Made by a program: the position numbers and the translations under genes. Of a DNA stretch of 47,307 bases, positions 1 to 11,600 are shown piece after piece. How positions within the stretch are numbered: position 1 is the first letter of the stretch; every line of letters starts with the position of its first letter. The DNA lies in contig JAUCBJ010000619.1 of assembly GCA_032718475.1 (NCBI GenBank), forward strand, positions 1 through 47,307, written 5' to 3'. The notes under the pieces are model-generated. The model was not told the origin of the DNA and made no database searches. It worked only from the letters and a program-made list of their open reading frames with translations. This DNA comes from Nemertoderma westbladi (taxonomy: Eukaryota > Animalia > Xenacoelomorpha).

Positions 1-252
1 AGGAACATAGGTGACTGTAATACGAATAATATAATGAGGCAGTTGTAGTTGACAACAGACCGGTAGATCAGTAGATCACAGAAACGCTGTACGGTACAAT
101 CAGGTAACGTGACAGGTAAGGAGCCCAGGTACCTAGCACATCCGTACACTCACCAGTCAGCTCGGGTCGAGCCTAAGCCAGCACAGTTAACCATATCCCA
201 GGGCGGATGATTAACATCCCAATCTAACTACAGTAGTGTGAGGTATGGCGCA
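1..252 (-). repeat. 3' LTR of the Gypsy element (truncated by window start)
   Basis: Matches 5938-6188 with one mismatch seen (pos 6 C vs 5943 A); begins TGCGCCA on the minus strand right after the PPT. Confidence 0.93.
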
Positions 253-263
253 ATCTCTTTCCT
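253..263 (-). promoter_or_regulatory. Polypurine tract of the Gypsy element
   Basis: Minus strand AGGAAAGAGAT immediately precedes the 3' LTR. Confidence 0.75.
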
Positions 264-593
264 AAAATATGACTATAACCCAAACACAAACAAAATAAAC
301 ACTACTGGATAATATAAAGACAAGCTAAATAAGTCGGGAGTAAGCATATGACTACGTATAGAACAAATACTGCAAATAGTTTATTCCCGTGTCTAACTAC
401 TGCATAGTGCTACACCTAAATATATATATATATATATAGTCCTATAGGATATACCATTTCAAAAATAAACATGGATCTTAGTACAGTCTACTACCCCTAA
501 GTATAGGTGGGGAAAAGACATCAATCCGGGCTGTACTGACAGCTTGTGTTAGTGACTCTCCTGAGAGGGGTACCCATAATAATCAGGCTGACG

Positions 594-3518
594 TCAAAGC
601 CGTTTGGGACGTTGAGGGATAGGGGTAACTGGGGGGAACCCAACACTGCTGGGGCCTTGTTGGTCGGTAGACGAAATCTCAATCTCATCGGTAGTATTGT
701 GGGGTGTGACGACCGCCTCGGGCTGAGTTGGAGTACCTTTTTCCAGTGTAGTCGATTTTGGACCAGAACCAAAAGCCAATTGAGACTCAGGAGTCTTTAA
801 ACTTATCTCATCCTCATCAGAGGACTCTGCAGACGGCATGTCATAGTCATTAAATGGTATAGTTGGTACAAGTAAACAATCAGCCTTCCGTACACGATAG
901 GAGTGGGCACGTAATTGTGAACCAACGAACTTACGTACATTACACCACTCTCCATCAATGGCTGACACAATATAGCGGGGGCGTGCGCGTAAAGATATTG
1001 GGTCTGAGTATAAGTAAACTAAGTCTCCGACAGAGATAGAGCATGGTCGTGGAACAACTGTGGGCAGCTGTGCTTTTGAATGGGCACTGGGTCCATGATT
1101 GGCTAAACGATCACCATGACGTTGGGAAATAAGTTCAATGTCATTAATGGGTATCTGTTCACCAGTGAACTGGTCCCGTTGAAGCAGAATCTCGCGGGAG
1201 GAGAGACCAGCAAAGCGTAGACGTGAATTTAGATTAGATACTGCAATAGCGACCATGGTAGAAGAATATGGGCCTCCTGTTGGTAAGAGCTTATGGAGCT
1301 CACCTTCCAATTCCTGGACAGCACGTTCAGCAACTGGGTTCTTGTCTGGATTTTTGCGGCGCCCAACTTCAATCCGGAGGTGGTGCCGTTCTAGTATCGT
1401 GTCATCAGTAAGAGACTGAAACCCAGGGGCAGGATCAGTACGTATGACAGCGCACGGGCCACTCAGTGGACATAAGCCTGAACCTAGGATGATGAGGGCA
1501 TCACGAAGTGTAGACTTACATTCATCTGGTACTAAACATGCAGTAGTATATGAAGATGCACATTCACGGAGAAGCAAAATCCGCTGAGAATACCGACGGA
1601 TCACATCAGCCGCGAAACTAATGCCAAACGCAGCTGGGGGTTCGGATGAGGTCTGTGGACGTATGCAATGGGGGGCAGCTTGGAGTGCCACACACTGGTG
1701 GCAGTGTGTAGATGTAGCCTCGATGGCACGGTCTAAGTCAAGTGCGTGGAAATATCGAGTGAATGTATTACGGAGTTGAGAGCGAGATGGATGATGCATC
1801 TCTAAATGCATGGATGTTAGCAAGCCAGAGAGTCCGGACCGAGGGATAACAATTACCTCATTGGGAGATGCAAATGGACGCTGACGTTTTACTACTAGCA
1901 ATCCATCCCGTGCAATAGCACAACAGCCTAGATAACGTTTTACATCACGGCTGTGGGTATCACGCTTGGTTGGGCGGGTACCTTGGGAGAGATGCGCCTG
2001 TGTCCGTCGCAGATCGGCACACTCCTGTTGTGTAGCGCGCCAGGCTGTGCGACTGGCATATAGGGGACGGGGACTAGGGGAACCTGGTGTAGAAGGAGAC
2101 TCATTTGTGAAGTCAGATGAAACACGAATCACTGGAGATGGGATGGTGTCCTGGAGAAACTTGCATACCTGACATGACTGTAAGGTACACGGGGAAACAT
2201 TCCGGCTTTGAAAGTCGGCGGGCAGGTTGGTAGTTCCCTTGATATGGTCAATAGAGACTAAGAACTGGCTTGAGACGGCTAAGAATGTGGATAAACGTGG
2301 GCTAGCTGAGTATGAACCACGGGATAACTTTTTAAATGCCTCCACACATGGCTTACTGTCCGTTAGAACCCGGGAAGGACGGCTGGATGCGACAATATAA
2401 GGAGCAAAATGGGTCACAGCCGCAGCAATGGCAAGGGCTTCGAGTTCGCAAGGTAGCCATGAATGTTGATGAGCTTTTAGTTTGGCCGAATAGAAACCTG
2501 CTACAAGGAGTGATGGACCACGTTTCGCGTAGAGTACTGCACCAAGACCGTCAACACTGGATGCAGCGTCTGTGACAATGAATAACTCATCACCAGGGTG
2601 GGGAATGGTAATAGACTGGCAGGATTGGACAGCAGCTTGTGAACGACGAAAGATGGAAGTCAACTCTGGGGTCCAAGCAGGTTCCTGACTAGGGGAATCT
2701 GTTAAGATACTATCTAATGGGCCTACTAATGCAGAGCAATGGGGCAATACCCTAGCGAGTGTCTTGTAAGAGCCAAGATAGGAACGAAGGGCACGTGTAG
2801 TAGTTGGAAGTGGACAAGAAGCGAGAGCAGATGTAATATGTGTGGACGCTGTTAAAGTACCATGAGCCCACTTCCAGCCAAGGATCGTTGTAGAACGAGG
2901 GCAGATTACTGTTTTGTGAGCGGATAAACGGAGGTTAGAAAGCTGGAGTGCTGTTAGTAACTCACAAAAGGTTTGACGGAGCTCATCGATTGTGTTCCCA
3001 CCACAGTAAAGGTCATCGGCCAGCTTAAGGACTGTTCCCTTACAGAGGAGGTCACCAAGAACGCGGGTCATTAGTTCATCAAGGGCAGTCTCTGACCCTG
3101 GCATGCCCATGGCACAGCGTTGGTACACACGGACACCGCGAAATGGGGTTACTACTCCACAGAAACGCATGGATGCACGTTGAAGGGGGATTTGGTAGAA
3201 TGCACTAGTTAGGTCTGTGTGGATAAGATACTTAAAACGTCCAAGGGATCGTAGGGTTGAGTCAACATCTGGGAGTAGAGCAGGTGGAGGTTTACAATAT
3301 TTAGCAACTTCGGTAAAGGCGGTCACTAACCGGGTGCCACCATTTGGCTTTGCGACGAGGAATGATGGATTTAAATATTCTACCGTGACTCCAGCTGCCT
3401 CAGGGGTAGCAAATACACCGAGAGACTCGAGTTCATCGAAGCGGGTCTGGAGCTCAACTAAGCGATCACGGGAATATAAGGGAATACGTCCCTTATGTTG
3501 AGGGGGTAGGGTAGGGCC
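594..3518 (-). CDS. pol: Gypsy Pol: reverse transcriptase, RNase H, integrase
   Basis: RT (TDLTSAFYQI, MGMPGS, LADDL), RNase H (IVTDAAS, ELEALA, TDSKP, ADFQSR), integrase (H..H..CHQC; FAADV, RTDPAPGF, VAERAV). The frame of ORF 594-3326 stays open upstream to about 3518 (GPTLPPQHKGRIPLYSR...). Confidence 0.92.
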   Translation of the reverse strand, partial: GPTLPPQHKGRIPLYSRDRLVELQTRFDELESLGVFATPEAAGVTVEYLNPSFLVAKPNGGTRLVTAFTEVAKYCKPPPALLPDVDSTLRSLGRFKYLIHTDLTSAFYQIPLQRASMRFCGVVTPFRGVRVYQRCAMGMPGSETALDELMTRVLGDLLCKGTVLKLADDLYCGGNTIDELRQTFCELLTALQLSNLRLSAHKTVICPRSTTILGWKWAHGTLTASTHITSALASCPLPTTTRALRSYLGSYKTLARVLPHCSALVGPLDSILTDSPSQEPAWTPELTSIFRRSQAAVQSCQSITIPHPGDELFIVTDAASSVDGLGAVLYAKRGPSLLVAGFYSAKLKAHQHSWLPCELEALAIAAAVTHFAPYIVASSRPSRVLTDSKPCVEAFKKLSRGSYSASPRLSTFLAVSSQFLVSIDHIKGTTNLPADFQSRNVSPCTLQSCQVCKFLQDTIPSPVIRVSSDFTNESPSTPGSPSPRPLYASRTAWRATQQECADLRRTQAHLSQGTRPTKRDTHSRDVKRYLGCCAIARDGLLVVKRQRPFASPNEVIVIPRSGLSGLLTSMHLEMHHPSRSQLRNTFTRYFHALDLDRAIEATSTHCHQCVALQAAPHCIRPQTSSEPPAAFGISFAADVIRRYSQRILLLRECASSYTTACLVPDECKSTLRDALIILGSGLCPLSGPCAVIRTDPAPGFQSLTDDTILERHHLRIEVGRRKNPDKNPVAERAVQELEGELHKLLPTGGPYSSTMVAIAVSNLNSRLRFAGLSSREILLQRDQFTGEQIPINDIELISQRHGDRLANHGPSAHSKAQLPTVVPRPCSISVGDLVYLYSDPISLRARPRYIVSAIDGEWCNVRKFVGSQLRAHSYRVRKADCLLVPTIPFNDYDMPSAESSDEDEISLKTPESQLAFGSGPKSTTLEKGTPTQPEAVVTPHNTTDEIEISSTDQQGPSSVGFPPVTPIPQRPKRL

Positions 3519-5448
3519 AACTCACAATAGACTCAAAGGGGCCAGCATGTGCATTATAACCGGGGAAAGCTGGATTAAAAACTTCCTGGTAGGTCTTGAG
3601 TATGTCATGGAATGATGCACGTTCATGGTAAGATAGGACTTTATCAGGATCTAATCTAATAGACTCTATATGGCTCACAGGGGTAGTAACAGAGCGACAT
3701 ATAGTGGACCTGAGAGGGGGTGCAGGGGCTAGGTCTATATCAGATGTGTCATTGGTAGGAAGAGCTGAGCATACATGGGAATTGCGTACTACCTTTACAG
3801 GGGATGTGGTAGAGTTATATAATTTAATAGTACCGCTTATATTGTTTGCAAGGGTGGGTTGGAACCAAGGGGGTTGAGGTGGGGGGGCATGGGAACCAAA
3901 TACTTGGTGGGGAGCGACTAGTATAGATGCAGTAGATTCTAGATGGTCTGGGAGGGGTAAGGTAAGTGACTCACCAGGTAACACAACTGTAGAATGGGGT
4001 GGAGCACGAAGAAGACAGGCCTTAATATGCCGGATAGATGGAGAAGGTTTACTAAGCCCATATTGATGGATGGAACCATCCATGAAAGTAATGATGGACT
4101 TCGAGGGTCGAATTGAAATGTCGTTAGCAGCCAGGAAAGGCATTCCAGCTAAGACTGGAGTGTTAAGATCCCTAACCACAAGGCCCCGAAAAAAGAATGA
4201 AAGTGGACCTCGGGTGATGGTGAACTCAGTCTCACCCTCGATGTCTGACAGGGGGGAGCCATCAGCCTGGGAAGGGACTTGGAGAGTGTTGGGGGAAATT
4301 GGTACGCGTAACTGCCGGGCTGTAGGGCTGGATATGAGGTTAGACTCGGCACCACAATCTAGAAGTATACATATCGATTGGCCATTAAACGTGGCTTCAA
4401 ATGTTGGGCTTGGGATAACAGCAACACGGTTAATAGAAGGAGTGCGGGAAGGTTCGGGGCCTGAATATATCTCGACATTTTCAGGATCTGACTCAAGTTC
4501 ATCGATATGTACAAGGTGTGCGCGGGCAATAAACTGGCGGTCAGACTCTGGTAGGAAACTACACTTGCTCAAGAAGTGGTCTACATTATTGCGTTTTGCT
4601 TGAGAGCATAAAGGGCAATAAGGAGTTGGAGTTGCCCGGGTGGGTTGGCGTCCTCTAGGACGAGTTCCAGAGTTGTGATGACTACTGGAGCTGGGATGAA
4701 AGGACCGGGTATTCCAATGTTGGGTTCGGAAGGTACGCACCTCAGAAGTTATGTGAAGTTCTTCAAGGAGAGAATTCAGAGACTGGGAAATCTCAGCTTT
4801 CAAAGATGCTAATGTACAGGATCGCAGGGAAGTACCATATCGTTGCTGTACAAGATGAGGGAGCTCAGGGTGGATTAAACGTAACCATGTTAAGACTACA
4901 AAATTTTCCAGGGATGGGGTTAACTCTTCATCAGTTGTAGGGATAATACCATGGTGAGAAATACCACCATCTGGGGATAATAAATTATCGTCAACAAAAG
5001 CCATTAACCTTTGGAATAAATCCTCAGGCCTTTCCTCATGTTCTAATTTAAAATCACAAAATGAAATAAATTGGGCCCCTGTGGACTGAAACCCATAATG
5101 GAGGCGGATGGCCTGCCATACAGATGTGAGTGAAACAGAATCACGAATAATAGACTTGCGTGCGATGATTGGGGCATAGTTAGCAACTTGACCAAGGAGA
5201 AGTTGTAGAGAGGCACACTGTTGCTGGGCAGTACGACGGCGGGCAACCGGGATGGAATTATCATCATCGACGAGACCACGGTTCGGTGTAGTAGATGACT
5301 GGCGCAACCAAGTAGCTGTTGGATCTGTAAATCGGGCGAATTCAGGATCGAGAGCTAAGTTATAAATTAGGTTGGTCCGCCATGCTTCGAAAGTTCCAAG
5401 TGTTTCTGTACGGGTAAGGGGCAGAAGCTTGGGAGTTTTCAGGGTCAT
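3493..5448 (-). CDS. gag: Gypsy Gag-protease, frameshifted relative to Pol at about 3519-3521
   Basis: 651-aa ORF with ATG start, Cys/His knuckle CPLC-x9-H-x4-C and aspartic protease motif LLDCGAE. Confidence 0.88.
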   Translation of the reverse strand: MTLKTPKLLPLTRTETLGTFEAWRTNLIYNLALDPEFARFTDPTATWLRQSSTTPNRGLVDDDNSIPVARRRTAQQQCASLQLLLGQVANYAPIIARKSIIRDSVSLTSVWQAIRLHYGFQSTGAQFISFCDFKLEHEERPEDLFQRLMAFVDDNLLSPDGGISHHGIIPTTDEELTPSLENFVVLTWLRLIHPELPHLVQQRYGTSLRSCTLASLKAEISQSLNSLLEELHITSEVRTFRTQHWNTRSFHPSSSSHHNSGTRPRGRQPTRATPTPYCPLCSQAKRNNVDHFLSKCSFLPESDRQFIARAHLVHIDELESDPENVEIYSGPEPSRTPSINRVAVIPSPTFEATFNGQSICILLDCGAESNLISSPTARQLRVPISPNTLQVPSQADGSPLSDIEGETEFTITRGPLSFFFRGLVVRDLNTPVLAGMPFLAANDISIRPSKSIITFMDGSIHQYGLSKPSPSIRHIKACLLRAPPHSTVVLPGESLTLPLPDHLESTASILVAPHQVFGSHAPPPQPPWFQPTLANNISGTIKLYNSTTSPVKVVRNSHVCSALPTNDTSDIDLAPAPPLRSTICRSVTTPVSHIESIRLDPDKVLSYHERASFHDILKTYQEVFNPAFPGYNAHAGPFESIVSWPYPTPST

Positions 5449-5911
5449 GGTTGTACGGGATTAGACAACTAAGTTGTTTATCAGATGTAAGGCTGATAGG
5501 CTAGGTTGGAGTTTATCTAACTCCTATCACTGTATCAGGGCTGCACTGTATCAGCCTATTGCAGTACTGTATACGAGGCTAAGACTGCAGTAAAAGGGTG
5601 TCGGTAACGAGGGCGCAGTAGCCTACAGCAATAGCTTTGTAATAGCAGAGTGGAGAGAAAACAGTTTATTTATTCGTAAAATATAGGCCTACCTGCCTAG
5701 ATCGTGAGACTAGGACGGGCAGACTTGTAGGTATCGTACAAAGCAGCTGTATTGGACTATTCCAGTATTCGTAATTTATAGGCCTAGGCCTATAGTTCGT
5801 TGTTGCTGCTGGTAAATTACGGTATCGGATCCGCCAGTCTGTTGTCGGTAATGGGTACCGGGTAGGCCTAAATCAAATAGTTTGAATTGGGAGAACGTAG
5901 GTTGAACCCGA

Positions 5912-5922
5912 CGCTGCCACCA
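5912..5922 (-). promoter_or_regulatory. Primer-binding site, probably tRNA-Leu
   Basis: Minus strand TGGTGGCAGCG directly follows the 5' LTR and is complementary to the ...CGCTGCCA-CCA 3' end of eukaryotic tRNA-Leu(AAG/TAG). Confidence 0.8.
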
Positions 5923-6188
5923 CGCCAAGGAAGAAGAAGGAAAATAGGTGACTGTAATACGAATAATATAATGAGGCAGTTGTAGTTGACAACAGACCGG
6001 TAGATCAGTAGATCACAGAAACGCTGTACGGTACAATCAGGTAACGTGACAGGTAAGGAGCCCAGGTACCTAGCACATCCGTACACTCACCAGTCAGCTC
6101 GGGTCGAGCCTAAGCCAGCACAGTTAACCATATCCCAGGGCGGATGATTAACATCCCAATCTAACTACAGTAGTGTGAGGTATGGCGC
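5923..6188 (-). repeat. 5' LTR of the Gypsy element (~266 bp)
   Basis: Copy of 1-251; bounded by the PBS on one side and BEL RNase H coding sequence on the other. Confidence 0.92.
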
Positions 6189-8666
6189 TATTCCCATATC
6201 GCTGGCGTCTCCAAACACATGGAGTTGATAGGAATACGTGGGGAGAACGTGACCAAAATATGAACGGGAAATCGTAAAGTTCTCGATGGATGGTAGAGAA
6301 TCTTCCCATTTCATCCACTTCTTTAGTAGTTCTCCCTTAAGTGGATCATCCCACGAGTGGTTTTCAAGCCACATTTGTTGCACTAAGCTCCGAGCAACCA
6401 ATATAACTGGGCTAATAAATCCCAATGGATCGAAATAAGTGCTCAGGATACTTAGACAAATCCGTTTAGTTCTAACTGGATTATCTCGCTGTTTTAACTG
6501 GAAAAACAGGATATCTCTCTCCGTGTCCCATTACAAACCAAGCGTCTTGGTTTCTGGAAGATCGTCCTTGATAAGGTCCAGATCTTTAACACCTCGGTCT
6601 TCTACCGGGATTGATTCCAGAAACTCACGGGAGTTACTAGTGAATTTGGTTAGTCGAAATCCACCGCATTTCAAGCACTCTACCATTCCCTTGGCAACAT
6701 CAATGGCTTCTTCCACCGATGGGAGGGACTTTAAATTGTCGTCCATGTATATATCCGGTTTGATGTTGTCTATAACCGCTTTAGAGAAGGCGTCTCGGTT
6801 GTCATCAGCAGTGGTACACACTACTGAACAAGCGTTCGAGGGGCTCGAGATGATCCCGGAAGCCTGGACGGTCATCCAGTACTCCACCGGTTTTTGGTTG
6901 AGGTCTCCTTCAGGCCACCACAGAAATCGTAGGCTGTCTCAATCCCTATCCAGCGCCTTGACTTGTAAGAACATGCCTTCTATATCCGAAGCGAAAGCAA
7001 TAGAATATTGCCGTAATTTTAATAGTATTCCCAATAAGGATTGGAGTAAGTTGGGTCCCGGCAACAATTCGGAGTTCAGGGATTGGCCCATGTAAAGGGC
7101 GGAGCCGTCGAACACTACCCGGACTTCGTTGGGTTTACCGGGTTTGGGAACGTAATGATGTGTTAGATAATACGTTCTCTCTGTGATGGGTGTTTCTTCC
7201 GGTACTCGCTCCGCGTATCCCTTATCGATGAATTTCTTCAGCTGGGTCTTATACATCTCTTTAGCTGAAGCATTGGCCATAAGACGCCGATGTAGTTGCG
7301 CGATTCTCTTCTCCACTAAGGGTCGGTTATTTATAAAGTTGGGTTCTCGCCGTCGGAACGGAAGACCAATCTCATAGTGACCTTGATCTTTAAGAAAACG
7401 GGTAGTTGTTTCCTGAATCTGCTTGGCTCTCTCCTCCTCGACGGACAAGGCCTTGTCGTAGGAATTGGGCTCTACGGCTTCTTGAGTAAAGAATCATACG
7501 GCGTGTTCATCGTGAATCTTATTGTTGTATCGATCTATCACCTCGTTTAATTCGTCGTTGTAGTTGAATTGTCCGCCATGATTGATGAGATGGCACAGGT
7601 TTACTTGGTTTCGCCAAGTTTCATTTTCGGTGAGGAGGTCGATTGTATTTTCCTCGTCGAATAATTGGGTAATATCGTCGTTATCTGAGGAGTATGGTGT
7701 TCCCTCAGTTGTGGTTTCTCCCTCACTGATTTCTTCTTCCCATTCACTCACCTGATGGATCTTTTTGTTAGGTAGTCTTTCCATGAGTGTTCTACGGGAA
7801 GGTCCAGTGAAGTACCAACCTACTCTCGTTCTTCCCGCATATGTTTGTAATGGTTGCGGTCGAGCAGGCCATTTTTCTAATGTCTCTAGCGCCTCGTGCG
7901 CATTTTGGCCGATCAGTATCTGTACCCCTGGGTAGTCGGTGTTGAATCTAGGGATATCATGCTGCTGGGTAAAATGGTCTTAATCCCAGTTGTAAGGTTC
8001 CACTTGGCTGGTAGCAAACTTCTTTATCGCCACCATTTTTACTGACCGTATGCTATGTTCTCCTAGTTCATCCTGGGGAGTGGACAATGTGCCTACATAG
8101 TAATCTGTAGCTACTGTGGATTTCCAAACCTGCATAATTCCTGAAAGGTTCAACTTAGTTCGGAACTTGGGTTGTCCAGCAAAGATGTCTTCGGCTAGTT
8201 CTTTGTCGATGAATGTACCTGTGCTGCAAGAGTCAAGGAGGGCGTTTACTATAAAACTCTTATCTAGCCTGTGGACTCTCAGCTGCACTACTGGGAATTC
8301 CCGAATTCCGACGTTGGAAGTTGGCGCTTTCCAAGATGGTTGTCGGTCCGGAATAGTCGGTTGCGCTTTGTTATCGGTTTCAGTCTCATACGTAAGCGCT
8401 CGATACACTGCGGTGTTTATCATATAACAGGATTCGTTTTCGTCGGAGAATTCGTCCGTGTAGAATCCTTCCATCTCAGAGCTGTGGTCAGTGTCGTTCA
8501 CATCACTGAATTGGACATGTAGTTCGGGCTCACTTACCTGACTCGTGCGGGTTCTTTCAAATTCGGTGTGCAGCAAGATATGATGTTTCGCGCCGCACTT
8601 AGCACACCTTGTGTCTGAGTAACAGGTCCGCCGTTGGTGTCCTTGTCTGAGACAATTATAACACAA
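6189..8666 (-). pseudogene. BEL1 knuckles, protease, RT and N-terminal RNase H, broken by stops and frameshifts
   Basis: CYNCLRQGHQRRTC, CAKCGAKHHILLH, LLDSCS, RVVFDGSA, SLNSELLPGPNL, DIEGMFLQV, IYMDDNL, GGFRLTKFTSN, LHVFGDAS across ORFs 7980-8666, 6939-7448, 6531-6887 and 6165-6425. Confidence 0.92.
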
Positions 8667-11600
8667 CCACTTATCCCATATGACGTCACGTCTATTAGGG
8701 ATTTCTTCAAGAATTCATCACATCCACTCAAGCGGTGGGGCCCGTCGCACAATGCACATTTGGGTTTGATGTTACTTACTTTAACCTGTGTTGTGTTGTG
8801 CACACTTGTTCTTTCCTCGGGCTTTCTTCCATGAATTATCTTAGGAGACGTAGGAGGAGTTGTTGTTACCTGTTCTCTCCTGTCACTGGTTCGAGGCTTA
8901 AATTTACTTACGTCTTTACATGTTTTGTTGACATAATAAGATCTTTCGGTGTCTTTCCCGCTGTTCTCCTCGTGGGAGGTCTGGCTTTCGCCGTCGTCTG
9001 TATAACACACTGGTGTTACTTTTCTCCTAGAAACGGTTTTTTCACTCACCTTGTTTTCCGGTGTCTTTTCTCGGGACTGCTTTAGGAGCTGCAATCTTAC
9101 CTCTCCATTTAAGAATGACATGAGATCAGCCATGGTAGGGTCTCTTTGTTGCTGGTCCATCATATAGAGAACTCTTTTGTCCCAACGAGTACCTACTCCA
9201 CCCTTTGGCAAAGTAGATGCTACGGCTCCAACAACCATGGAACTCTGATATTCATGAGACTTACCTAACCAATCTAGTTGTCTACAGATCTCCTGAATCT
9301 CATCGGAAAACTCTATAATCCCGCTGCTAAGGAACTTTCGGGGCGCTACTAATTTCGCATACAAATACCTAGCTATGTTAGTCCTATTACCATACCTGAT
9401 GTTTAGTGTATCCAAAACTTGTCTTAATCCATCTGGATGTCCAATAAACTTTAACGCCATTAACTTGGGAGGTCTTTCCAAGCACTCGATGAGGAATCTA
9501 AGTTTCTCTCCGTGGGATAGTACAGAACTCTGTATGCTATCTTTATAATATTCATTAAAAGGTAACCATTTCATCTCATCTCCATTGAACTTGACGATCT
9601 CTCCCACCTTTACCGCTTGACGGGCTTCGGTTCTAGCCATTTGACGCGTAAAACTTTCTTGGGCCATCGTATTATTTAATATCGAGTTATCGGTATATAA
9701 ATTTCTCGGATTAGGATCAGGTCTATATGGAATATCATTATCAACAGGTTTATAATTACCCTTAATAGGGTTCACTATAGGAGTTTCTACTTCACTAGCA
9801 GTATAGATGCGTGTAGGCTCCACACCTTGCACATGAAATACTTCAGACCTAACAGGTTGACACATTGTTACAGGGGGTGGTGGTATACCCAATTGTATAT
9901 TTACTAATTTATCGCGTTCTAACGCGATACTCTGCTGCACTTCTTGCAACTCTAACCTACCCTCTCTTACTGTCCCCTTTAACTGCTGAACAGTCCCTTC
10001 CAACTCCCGGACCTGCTGGGAGGAACATATGCGATGTTCCCTCAGCTGCCCGAGCAGGAGACCCATCTCCCGCCGTCCCTCATCCACCCACTCTACCACC
10101 GAAGCGGGAGCCGCCAACATAGTAGCGGGCAGACGAGGGACGACGGGCGACAAATCGTTGATGTCTCCCTCGGCGTCCAGGACCGGGATTGATTCAGGGG
10201 CTGTTCTACTGGGCACAGGTAGTTTAGTACTGTGCAAAGGGAATTTAGAGTTAGGTTCGGTAAGTATAGGGGTCTCTATCACCGGGGTGACTTCAATGAC
10301 AGGCCTAATTATTTCAGGCTCATCTACTATAGTAGGGAGTCTGTCTACTCTAATAATTTGGTCTGTAGGTTCTGTATTACCTAAGTCTACACTAGCTAGT
10401 TGCCTTCTCACAGCTGGGGGAAAATTAGGAAATTTCTGACGGTGTGGCGTTCTTCTACGTCCGCTGGAATGAGATCTATTTCCTCCGCCTTCAGGATCGG
10501 TTGTATCGCCTTCATCAGAGGATGTAAATCCCTGTCTCCTGGGAGTAGATCTACTTAGCAACTGCATCTGCATAGCTGTCCTTTGTTTCTTCAAGTAATC
10601 GTGTTTCGCCTGAAGGTTCTCCAGCTCTAGTTGGGTAGTCGCTTCAGAAGCTTTCAGTTCTGCTTCTGTCACTGCCGCTTTCCTTTCAGATTCTGCCGCT
10701 GCCGCTGCCGCTGACGCCTTTCTCTCAGCCTCTGCCTCTGCCGCTTTTGCTGCTGCTTTTCTTTCAGATTCCGCCGCTGCTGCTGACTTTCGGTCTTCTA
10801 TTTGCCGTTTCTTTAATTGTTCCTCTTGATCCATTACCATGAGGATGCTTTCATCAAATTTAGCCTGCTCCGCGGCTAATATTTCCGCATCTAACGAGTC
10901 CAACACAAATTTGGCTCCCTCACTATTAGGATGAAGTCCAGCTAGCCGTCTCCTTAGCTCTTTGTCACCTATAAATCGTTGATAGTCCGACAGATAGATG
11001 TCAATAGTGTCCTTCTTCTGAGGTTTCTCTGATATAGCTTCGCTTTCCACCTGAGAAAAGGTAGCGTCTGTTGACTCTCCGTGGGTCATGCGCTCGGTTA
11101 GCTGAGCTTTCCATTGTGTCGTTCCTTGGACTTTAAGACTCACCCGTTGGAACCAATTCTTTACAGCCACTTGCAACGACGTGTCTTGGCTCCTCTTCGA
11201 GGCTTCCTCAAAGGCCGAAAGGATTAGTCTGATCCTTAAGATTTGTTCTCAAACTTGATAAAGCAGCTCTCCCTGCTCTTGAGGTCCTTGACGTTGTTGA
11301 AACAGGTGCTCCTCTAATCGCTCCAAAGAACTGAAGAATCCCTGGACATATCCTGCTGCCGACCTCTTCCACACAGCTGGATCTCGAGTGTCTCTTACTA
11401 CTCCCATCCTGTATAAGTCCTCCCAGGCAGCTTCCGATAAGTTAAACGGGAGTCTGGGTCTGGGGAAGTTCCATTGCGTCTCGACAATAGACCTTAATTC
11501 CTCCATCGTATATCCCGCATAACTGTCCTTGGTCGATCGCTTACTTCTCGCCCAATCGATTTGATGTTCTTCCACCGCAATCAATACTCTAGTGAGCACG

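Larger units (their letters stand above)
1..6188 (-). mobile_element. Ty3/Gypsy LTR retrotransposon, near full length (outer ~15 bp of the 3' LTR lie outside the window)
   Basis: Direct repeats 1-251 and 5938-6188, PBS and PPT in the expected places, domain order gag-PR-RT-RH-INT. Confidence 0.95.

Noticed and set aside
253-593. env-like or extra ORF in the Gypsy 3' region
   Set aside because: Only ~340 bp of AT-rich sequence with a (TA)n tract; no ORF. The BEL2 3' UTR also lacks one.
546-10439. Plus-strand ORFs opposite retrotransposon genes (e.g. 4070-4603, 6439-7095, 10029-10439)
   Set aside because: Antisense shadows of coding frames with no recognisable motifs; the same applies to those at 39845-46464.
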